This document shows positions 23,501 through 31,167 of a stretch of DNA of 42,417 bases, one piece after another. The stretch comes from Psammoneis japonica (lineage: Eukaryota). The position numbers were made by a program, and so were the translations under genes. The stretch lies in the NCBI GenBank assembly GCA_008632985.1, contig QPGO01000222.1:70206-112622 (forward strand), given 5' to 3'. Each line of letters opens with the position of its first letter. Position 1 is the first letter of the stretch. Below the pieces are notes generated by a model that had not been told where the DNA came from, did no database searches, and saw only the letters and a list, made by a program, of their open reading frames with translations.

Positions 23501-26180
23501 TCTCAGTGCCGTAGATGTCAGTGACGGTAGACTCGGTGCCAACAAACAGTTGGGCGCTGGTGCAACCAGAGTCGACGGCCGGGGTGTCGGCACGAACGGT
23601 GTCAGTGGCGACAGGCTCGTTGCGGCGGTGCACATTAAGGGCGGGGTTGGGTGATTTGCAGGCCTTGCGAAGGTGTGCACCGGCGGGCATGCGGGCGCAC
23701 TGCGTGGTGCAGTCAAAAGTACGACGGACCGTATCGGCAGGTGGGAAGCCAAAGCAAGGCCGAAGAGACTCGAAGGGGGGGTCCTTGGGCTGTACAGTGC
23801 GCTCCGGAGGTGGAACGTCATCGCCCTTGGGGTCAATCGCATGCATGTGACACTCGTAGAACACGTCGTCGTTCGGAATGAGGTGATCATCGAGGGCGGA
23901 CGCGTGATCGGCAGACAAGGAAGCGGACAAGATGGTCTCGTTGACAACGACACGGTGGCGGCAGTTGCCGCATTTGTCAAACAGGTTGGCAGTGGGATCG
24001 TCCTGTCGGTCAGAGATCGCGTCGCACCACTGGTCGTCGTCAGTGACAGAGTGATCGAGGACGGAAGGGTCCCATGTGTCATCACCGGTGAGGATGACAT
24101 GGGGCAGGGTGTCCCATTCGGCGTCAGTGTAAGGTCGCATGGCAACATGAGGCAGGCCAGCCTTGATGTCAATGGGGATGACACAGCCATCAGGAGTGGC
24201 AACACGTTGCAAGCCGTTGGGCACCTTGACAGAGCGATCGTTGACATCCTGTTTGCACCATTCGAGCTGGCCGCAGGAATGGATGGTCTTGCCCTTTCCC
24301 GTGCAAGCGCACTGATGGAGGATGGCGATGACGGGACCACGCTGGGTCTCAATGACGGCACCAGCGGTGACAATGGGGATGTCCACCAATTGATGATCGT
24401 CAATGCCCTGAACGTCGACTTGGCGAGAGGTGCGTGCGATGACGCGGACGTCGTCGCCAGCAATGCCGCCGTTGGCCCCACGATCGACTAGAGCGCCAGT
24501 GCGTGTGGAGCGATGAGCAGAGGCAGAGTAAATGACATTGTGGTTGTCAACGCGGCGGCAAGTGCGGCCGTTAAGTTCGATGTCATCTGCAGAAGCTGGC
24601 GGGGTAGAGGAAGCGGCGGATGGCCCCGGTCGACTGGCATTGGGGGCTTGGTTAGGAGACAACAGACGTTGCAGATCACCGGGTGGCAGTGGCTTGCGCT
24701 TGGTGAGGTGCGCCAGGACAGGATTGTCCGAAATGGCATCCACATGTGCAGCGGAGTCACCACAGTCAGCAGGAGTCGTGTTGGACAAGTTGACATCACC
24801 GTCACTCCCAAGGTGTTGGTCGTGAAGGTTGGCCGTAACAGACTCATGGCAGTCACTGGCTCGCGGAGTGCGGGGAGGCGGACGAGAGTGCTCAAGGATG
24901 ATCGCCTTGGAGGAATCGGGCAACGAATCCCAGAGCCGTTGGTGGTCGGGAGGGAGACATCTCCATTGGACACCGGCGAGGCTGGGACCACGGGTGTCGG
25001 CAGCATTGGCTTGAAGGACGTCAACGTCACTGTCAATGTCGTAGAACACATCGTCGGACGGTTCCTCGGAGCAGACGTCGTGTGCGCATGTGGCGCGTCG
25101 GGGAGCTCGAGGTGTCGTCTTGGGTTGAAACGTGCTGTCGCACTGAGCTGCCGCGGAGAGGAGCAAGCCACAGCATTGATCATGTGTGAGGCTCTTGCCA
25201 CTCTGCGTGCGATGCTGATCAGCTTGGTTCTTGACAGCACGGAGTTCCTCGACAGGGTGCACGGCATTCTCGAGCATGACGCGCTTCTGTCCTTCAGAGA
25301 AGTGGTCGCTGGCGGGGATGAGTGCCTCGCACTTGCGCAACTGATCTTGCCAATGAAGGATGAACCCGTGGGTCGGACCTTTCCAAGTGCCATCACCAAG
25401 ATGTGCGGTGGTGAGGCACGTGAGCAGGGTGGAGGACTCGACAGATGCACGGGTGGAGGCAAGCGCGCATTCAGACAAGGAGCGGCAGACGGTCTGTGCG
25501 TCAGAGGACCCCACATTTTCGCGAATGAGAGCCTTGCCCTTGTCGGTGAGAAGGATGCGTTCGAAGACGGCGAACATGTGCTTTTGCTGTTCAGCAAAGA
25601 GCAGTTTGTCTTCGGGGCTGGTCGGTTTGTACGACGAGTCTAGAATGCACTCGACGTCTTGGGCACGGGCTTGTGCCACAAGTGAGGTGTGCCAAGTGTG
25701 CCACTGCTTGTCGGATTTGAGAGCCGTGAAAGCGGTGGGATCACGCTTGATGCCTCGCTTGAAGTCTCGCACCGGGTCGCGTGCCTTGGTCGGGTTGGTG
25801 ACATGTGGAGGTGCAAGGGGTGAGCTGCCGATGGACAGAGAGGACATGTGGTCCGGGCTGAGGCGGCAGGCAAGGAACTCGTCATGCGTGAACAAAGAGG
25901 AGTCGTTGGCAACGTCAAGACCTTTGTGTGCTTTGACAATGTACAGGCTGGCCAGTGCTGCTAACATGTTCTTATAACCACGGGGCAAAGGGATTGCATT
26001 GGTGCCGTTGTCGCACTCAAGCGAGTCGATTTGGGACGGTGTGAACGTGAACAGTTCCTGATGCGAGTCCGTGCCGTCTTGGGCCAAAGCCAAACGAAGA
26101 GGACTCCCAGCACCTTGGGCAAGCACGGTTCCAACAACGTGCTCGAAACCATCGGTTTGTTGCTGACGAGTGAGAACCAT
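20511..26180 (-). CDS. Copia gag-pol polyprotein; open frame but probably inactivated by Tyr>Cys/His changes
   Basis: Protease LVDRGAN; integrase VATD..ISD..AER; RT HKARLVA, KALYGL and YVDD; RNase H VDAN, SEFVAA, GDN and ADILSK. Integrase precedes RT, the Copia order. Confidence 0.95.
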   Translation of the reverse strand: MVLTRQQQTDGFEHVVGTVLAQGAGSPLRLALAQDGTDSHQELFTFTPSQIDSLECDNGTNAIPLPRGYKNMLAALASLYIVKAHKGLDVANDSSLFTHDEFLACRLSPDHMSSLSIGSSPLAPPHVTNPTKARDPVRDFKRGIKRDPTAFTALKSDKQWHTWHTSLVAQARAQDVECILDSSYKPTSPEDKLLFAEQQKHMFAVFERILLTDKGKALIRENVGSSDAQTVCRSLSECALASTRASVESSTLLTCLTTAHLGDGTWKGPTHGFILHWQDQLRKCEALIPASDHFSEGQKRVMLENAVHPVEELRAVKNQADQHRTQSGKSLTHDQCCGLLLSAAAQCDSTFQPKTTPRAPRRATCAHDVCSEEPSDDVFYDIDSDVDVLQANAADTRGPSLAGVQWRCLPPDHQRLWDSLPDSSKAIILEHSRPPPRTPRASDCHESVTANLHDQHLGSDGDVNLSNTTPADCGDSAAHVDAISDNPVLAHLTKRKPLPPGDLQRLLSPNQAPNASRPGPSAASSTPPASADDIELNGRTCRRVDNHNVIYSASAHRSTRTGALVDRGANGGIAGDDVRVIARTSRQVDVQGIDDHQLVDIPIVTAGAVIETQRGPVIAILHQCACTGKGKTIHSCGQLEWCKQDVNDRSVKVPNGLQRVATPDGCVIPIDIKAGLPHVAMRPYTDAEWDTLPHVILTGDDTWDPSVLDHSVTDDDQWCDAISDRQDDPTANLFDKCGNCRHRVVVNETILSASLSADHASALDDHLIPNDDVFYECHMHAIDPKGDDVPPPERTVQPKDPPFESLRPCFGFPPADTVRRTFDCTTQCARMPAGAHLRKACKSPNPALNVHRRNEPVATDTVRADTPAVDSGCTSAQLFVGTESTVTDIYGTETDKEFVNTLEDQIRERGAPSKLISDRAQVEISNKVLGILRALFISSWQSEPHQQHQNFAERRCQTVKRMANTVMDRFGSPAHTWLLALMCVCFTLNHTASPRLHWRTPLETLTGSTPDISPLLRFHWWEPVYFHLDDSDWPSESRELRGRFVGIAEHVGHQMTFKILSDETQKILCRSNVRSAAPDPAVRNLRLDPPDGEPPEPIIKSRHDDNPVDSPDGEIRTPKMPVFDPQDIIGRTFLMQPQEDGQRHRARIVKAVEDHEWKVNGNPELTKFVCSVNNDECEEVLAYNDIMNHIEQEDEDTTVWKFRRIVSHEGPLKPHDPTWKGSSYNIMLEWESGEITSEPLAIIAKDDPVTCAIYARENGLLDTDGWKRFRTVARRQKKLFRMANQAKLRSFRTAPRCKCGYEVPRNYKHAMSLDERNGNRKWGDATNLEMDQLDEYEVFHDCGPFKSSTPPAGHKKIRVHLVYHVKHDGRHKARLVADGHLTDVPVDSVCSGVVSLRGLRLMIFLAELNELETWATDIGNAHLEATTKEKLYIVAGPEFGKLEGHILVIHKALYGLRSSGLRWHERFADCLRAEGFFPCRAEPDIWMRRNGDHCEYIAVYVDDLAIAMKDPQPFVDTLTEKHKFKLKGTGPIEFHLGCDFSRDPDGTLCLSPRKYIERMVDSCARLFGEKPATNALSPLEKGDHPELDTSELLGPDGIHKFQSLVGSLQWAVSLGRIDITTAVMSLSSFRAAPRQGHLDRAKRVCGHLSKMRHGALRVRTEEPDHSDLPAPACEWMHSVCGEAEEMIPKDAPPPLGKFVTATHCVDANLHHCMLTGRSVMGMLHFLNKFPADWFSKKQATVETATCGSEFVAARNCVEQIVDLRITLRHLGVPIRNVSYMFGDNKSVVDSATIPHSKLHKRHTALSFHRVREAIASGCLEFHFIEGSRNPADILSKHWGHSQIWDLLRPLMFWNFIPSEVESVSVAPQANWGVTGFEQDLDARKASRAV

Positions 26181-27104
26181 GGCAGACAAAAGTGGTGTCA
26201 GGACAATCAATTCTGGTCGGGAAGCGAAGGCAGACTCGAAACTTGGGTGAGAATGGACTTGACTTGAAACAGACTTGACTTGAAATCTTGAACCATCTTA
26301 AAATCAGAAGTCGCCGGGCTTTGTCATCCCGTTCGTTGTCAAGTGCTAAACTTCCCATCCGGGCCGTAGAGTTGTGCCGGCACGTCCGAACCCGCAGCCA
26401 GCGGCGCTTTGGGTTGCTTGCGAGCGGAGCAGCGGGTTGTAAACCCCTGCAGGCAAGCTGACTGGAGGTGGACAAGACCCCCGAACCGTTCTTATTTTAT
26501 GTCGGTTGGATTTCCCGATCAGGCTGGCCAGTTGACGCAGGCGTCAGGCGCTGTGGACGAACGAACAAACGCGGGAAAGCACCCTCGCCCCAACGCAGGC
26601 TGTAATCACGGCTGCTTGCTCTCACAGTCGTCCTCGTGGACCTAGTGGAACTGTAGAGCACCAGTAGTCCGGGGTAGATCAGGTACAATGGACTCGGTGT
26701 GCTTGTAGAGTGGCAGCAAAACCGCAGTCCGAAGAGTGGGTACAGGTTCTTGGCCGTGAAGATATGTATATATATATATGTCTTCAGCGACGAAGATCCT
26801 TGAATATGTAGGGTTCTTGACCGTTAACCGATGAATAGGTATATCAAGGGATGAGGATCAAGGATAGACTTGGATATGACCGTTGAATGTATGTCTTCAG
26901 CGATCAAAGGTAGTATAATCAATCCAGATATCCAGCGGTAAGGAGACTTGACGGTGACGTTAACTTCCTGCCGATGCCCTGGTATTGAATGCGCGTAGAC
27001 TTGCCGATGTATGTAGAATATATACGGAGGTCCACGTAGAATTGAAATAGCGTCGTTGGTAAATCAACGACGACGATGGCGGTTGCTCAATGGGTTGACA
27101 ATGA

Positions 27105-27119
27105 GCAAGACTGTTAATC
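27105..27119 (-). promoter_or_regulatory. Putative primer-binding site complementary to the anticodon arm of tRNA-Asn(GUU)
   Basis: Immediately inside the 5' LTR the sense strand reads GATTAACAGTCTTGC. Its complement GCAAGACTGTTAATC contains the tRNA-Asn anticodon loop CTGTTAA. Confidence 0.6.
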
Positions 27120-27403
27120 TGACAGAAAATGAAGGCAAATGGCAAGAATTCAAACAATAACTCCTTACTGCTGTCTAAATAGCAGATGAGTCTCCGCTCA
27201 GAGACCGTTACAGGAGCCGAAAGACGTGTGGGTCGGTATAATCGGGCTAGGGCCCTACTGTTATTATTCTTGTGAGCCTTGTGGCTCGAAAGCAAACTAC
27301 ATCGCGCGCGAACGCGCGGAACTAAAGCACACAAAACTGTGCGCGGTAAACTAAACAGCGCGCGATACTTTGCGCGCATCCAAATCCTGTTCAAATCCTG
27401 TCA
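27120..27403 (-). repeat. 5' LTR (284 bp), TpA-retaining copy
   Basis: Direct repeat of 20288-20563; carries an extra 8 bp forming TAGGGCCCTA at 27248-27257. Confidence 0.96.
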
Positions 27404-28273
27404 CAAGCAATGAGCCCTTCTTGCATTGTCACTCTGGGCACTTGCGCTGCCCCAAGATTGATGGCATCTTGCTCACCCCAAATGTGCAGCAGCCACCAGA
27501 GCAGAGGAGCCAAGAAAAGGTGTGATGATGCCAAGCATCACATGAACCAATTTCAGAAAAAGAACTTGTGATTGCTCTGGGTGGCCATCAGCTGGAAACC
27601 TCAACTCAGATGGCACTGAAAACAATTGCAAAGAAGTGGCAGTGGTGTTTCTGACAACACAGCATGTCTGCAAAGTGGTGGATTTGCTCGCCAACATGAA
27701 CAGAGCACAAGTTGTTGCAAACATGATGCTTGAGTGCAGTTGTTTTGTTGTGTGCTCTTTTCCACATCCCCAGCTTGATGGCTCACCTTGATGACTTCTC
27801 ATGTCCACACCAGCACTTTGCCATCTTCCTTCTTTTGACATCATGGCATCTCATCTTTGGTTTGTGCCACACTGATCAGCTTTTCATCATCATCCAGAGC
27901 TGCTTCATGTGAGGTTGTCATTGCTGTCAAAGTTTTCTGACAAGTTTGCCTTGGTCCAGCTGCATTTCCAGGCTCTGGCACAATGCACTCTCCAAGAATT
28001 GCACAGGTTGGAAAGCTGCCAGGTTTGCGCACTCGCTGTTTCAATGATTTCTGCATCAAAAATGTGCAATCAACAGGTCACTGAGTGTCGCATGTGGCCA
28101 ACAGCTTCCCCAACAATGCCAAGCACACAATGTTGTTAGAGACACAAAAAAGGCAGTTGTGTTGGACAGCAGGTGACATTGGTGCAAAAAGACATTTGGT
28201 GCAAACAAGCAAGCAACTCTCATGGACTTCAGGAAGAACAACAACCAATTTGCAAGTCAATGTTTGCCATTTC

Positions 28274-28308
<35 letters not shown>

Positions 28309-29300
28309 GACATGTGGCCAGGGTGCTGGTGCCTTTTTGCACAGTGGATTGACAGAACATGCAGCTGAGATTGCAAAATTCCCCTGCATGTCTCTGGGCA
28401 TGGCTTGGTCAATGAGAAACAATGCCAAAAGGTGGCAGGAGTGGTGCCATGGAAGGTGTTGCAAACAGAAAATGCTTTTTTGCACTTGTCTTCACATGCG
28501 CATGTTTTCTCTTTTTCTGGAACTCCAGCACCGGGCAGACAAATTCTCACCAAGATGAAAACTCACAAGATGAGGTGTTGCACATTTGAAGCCATTGCAA
28601 CACCATCATCCAAGATGTGCATTTTCATCCCAGGTGAGAAACTTTTGGACAAATCACGAGGTTTTTTGCGCGCTTCTGTGCAGCACACACACATGCCCAG
28701 AGAACAAAATGCCAGCTGCGCAGGTGGCCAGCACAGTTGAGTTGTCCATGAATCAATGAAAGAAGAACAAGCACAGCCAACATTTGCAAAAATTGTGAAT
28801 CAGCAGAAACTGCCTTCACAAATGTGAAAATTGCAGCCATTGTTCATTGTTCTTCTTGCCAAGTGCAGAAACATGTTGCAGACACAGCCAACACCATGCT
28901 GTCAACAAGGCTCGCAAAGTTGCAGAGTGTGCATTTGCACTGCACCTCTCCAGCTTTTGCCAAATGAGCCCAGAGGCAGGCCAGTGCACCTTTGCCACTT
29001 TGGCCAAGAAATCTCGCTCACGTGCTCGCCCTCTTGCAAAAACCTCTGGCAGCAGGCAGTGTCTTTTGATGTGCGGCGCTGAGGCAAACATTTGTCAATG
29101 CAGGTGCAGGGGTGCTGGGTGGCACCCAGAGAGATGTTTTTGGTCTGGACCCATGCTGGCCAGTCGAAGAACCAAACAGAGAACACAACGGCTCCAAATG
29201 ATGCACACCCACAACTTCTTCTGTGACTCTCCAACAATTCTTTCCTCCCTTGCCTTCCATCTCTTCTCTGGCTTTTGTGACCTTTCGCCACTGATGGATC
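27404..29300. other. TpA-depleted, CpG-poor hypermutated domain (right arm); unidentifiable relic
   Basis: Only one TpA seen (TTAG, about 28137) in about 1.9 kb. Confidence 0.9.
28274..28309 (+). repeat. (TTG)12 microsatellite
   Basis: Read directly from the sequence. Confidence 0.97.
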
Positions 29301-29413
29301 AAGTTACCTCGACATGCACCACCGCGTAACAAACAAAAGAAAAGAACCCACAAAAAATGCCTCTGTCTCTCAAACAAAGCATGGCAAAAGAAAATAGAAC
29401 GTCCAAGCGTGTG

Positions 29414-29487
29414 CACCCGATGTGGGGATCGAACCCACGACCACACGGTTAAAAGCCGGGCGCTCTACCAAGCTGAGCTAATCGGGT
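29414..29487 (-). tRNA. trnK: tRNA-Lys(UUU)
   Basis: ACCCGAT/ATCGGGT acceptor stem, D-arm TAGCTCAGCTTGGTAGAGC, anticodon loop CTTTTAA and T-arm GTGGGTTCGATCCCCAC. One mismatch in the anticodon stem. Confidence 0.93.
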
Positions 29488-29495
29488 GAACATTT

Positions 29496-29573
29496 CCCGG
29501 CTATGGGTTGGACATTCGCCAGGTTAATCTTTGAGCATTTAATCGCTGCAATGCAGTGCGCGCCGAGGAGCTC
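29496..29573 (+). repeat. ~80-bp direct repeat, copy 1 (candidate element terminus)
   Basis: CCCGGCTATGGGTTGGACATTCG...AATCTTTGAG..ATTT...GCTGCAAT...GAGGAGCTC; recurs at 35376. Confidence 0.8.
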
Positions 29574-30099
29574 CTGTCGACATTATTAGCAGAAATGGCA
29601 TGTGCATTCCTGCTTAACATGTTTTTAGTGTGTATCTGCATGAAACAGAGAATATTTTTGTCTGTGTATCATTATTGTCCCTGCGTTAGGTGTGTATCAG
29701 TGACGGCTCTCGCTGCCCAATCGATAGCTATCGTCTGTCTTTGTACGTCATAACGTCTGTTCGTCGTTCTCTGTTCTGTCTCGCGCGAAAACCTGCGCAG
29801 GCAATCAGCGCAGCACCGTGCACCGGCGCTCATCATTCCTTCATTGAACGATCACACGATGAGCAACCCGTTTGACGTGTGCGGCCTGTGGAATAATCAC
29901 CGCCCTTCTACAGTTTGAATCATCCCAAGAGATGTCTGGTGTCAATTTCAAGAAGGGACAACCCGAGTCTTGCGTCAATAAGAATCGTGGAGTGGGAGTG
30001 GTCGTCTGATCCCGTGCTGAAGAACACCTGCAGCGCCAACCTCACACCTCCGCGACCCGTTGTAGGACTTGTAAGTTTTGTTTGTTCATTCGATAAGAC

Positions 30100-30760
30100 T
30101 TGTTGATTGTCGTGTGTTTTTGTATTTCACCTCATTTCATCGGCAACCCATGACTTCTCTCGCTTCATTCTTTTGTTCTTGGGAAGAGCATGTGACACGT
30201 GATATCGTACGAGAAAGAAGAGTGCTGTATCGTTTGCTGTTGTGTGGGTGAAAAGTGCCTTGTATTTTCTGTTTGTTTTGGTCGATTGGTACTGTTGATT
30301 GTCATGCATTTTGTTTCGCCTTTTTCCATTGGCAACTGATGATTTTTTTGGCTTCATGCTGTTGTTTTTAGGGAGCATTTACACTGTTTTGCTGTTGCAG
30401 GTACTCATAATACCTATTGATAGTTGTGTATTTTGTTTCGTCTTATTCCGTTGGTAACTGATGAATTCTTTTGCTTCATTCTTTTGAATTAGAGAGCACC
30501 TGCACGCACTGTCTTGCTGCTACCGGTGCTATACTAATTAGAGCGTGGTATCGTTTGTTGTTGTTTGGGTGAAAGTGCCTTTTACAGTTTGTTTGTTGAT
30601 GGTATTCGACCTATTGATTGTTGTGTATTTTGTTTTGTGTTTTTCCATCGGTTAACTTGTGACTTTCGCTTCATTCTTTGAATTAGAGAGCACCTGCACG
30701 CACTGTGTTGCTGCTACAGTAACAATAAGAACGCCGTATCGTTTGCTGATGCGGGTAATA
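30100..30760 (+). repeat. Degenerate T-rich tandem repeats (about 120-200 bp units)
   Basis: Recurring TTGAT.GT..TG.ATTTTGTTT, GCTTCATTCTTT, GAATTAGAGAGCACCTGCACGCACTGT and GGGTGAAA.GTGCCTT. Confidence 0.7.
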
Positions 30761-31167
30761 ATCACGATCAACCACTCTGTGAGATCATCTCAAGGTAGCA
30801 TGGGAGGTAAGGTGTGATACAAAAATGTATGTTCTGTATGTTTTTTCCTTTTTGATCATGTCTCTTTCTCTCGTTCTGCCTGCCTACAGCACATAGGTAC
30901 TGCATGGTTTCTACCAGGTAAATCATTAGTTTACACAACTACAGTAAACCATGGTGTGCCCGGTCGATTGCACACGCTACTATATTCTTGGTATCTCATA
31001 CATCGGTATACAAAACAGCAAATGTGAAAGTGTCCGCCGAACACTACACAATTGCCATACCAATCCGTTTCTCTCTTGCTCATCTTTGCGAGAAGCTGTA
31101 CTCCTTATATACTCACAGTCGTGAAGCCTACCCAAAGGCCTCGTCCGGTCGACGTCATCATCTACCT

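Larger units (their letters stand above)
20288..27403 (-). mobile_element. Full-length Ty1/Copia LTR retrotransposon (CoDi-like), 7116 bp
   Basis: Two LTRs with TGACAG...CTGTCA ends. 5-bp TSD CAAGC at 20283-20287 and 27404-27408. Single gag-PR-IN-RT-RH ORF. Short purine tract TGGGGAG next to the 3' LTR. Confidence 0.97.

Noticed and set aside
20796..25977. Long antisense and alternate-frame ORFs inside the Copia element
   Set aside because: Shadow ORFs of a GC-rich, TpA-depleted coding sequence.
20288..27403. ADAR/APOBEC editing during retrotransposition, classical RIP, or an alternative genetic code as the explanation
   Set aside because: The changes are on both strands, differ between the LTRs and extend into flanking DNA. 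The direction is loss of TA. Neighbouring host genes use Tyr normally.
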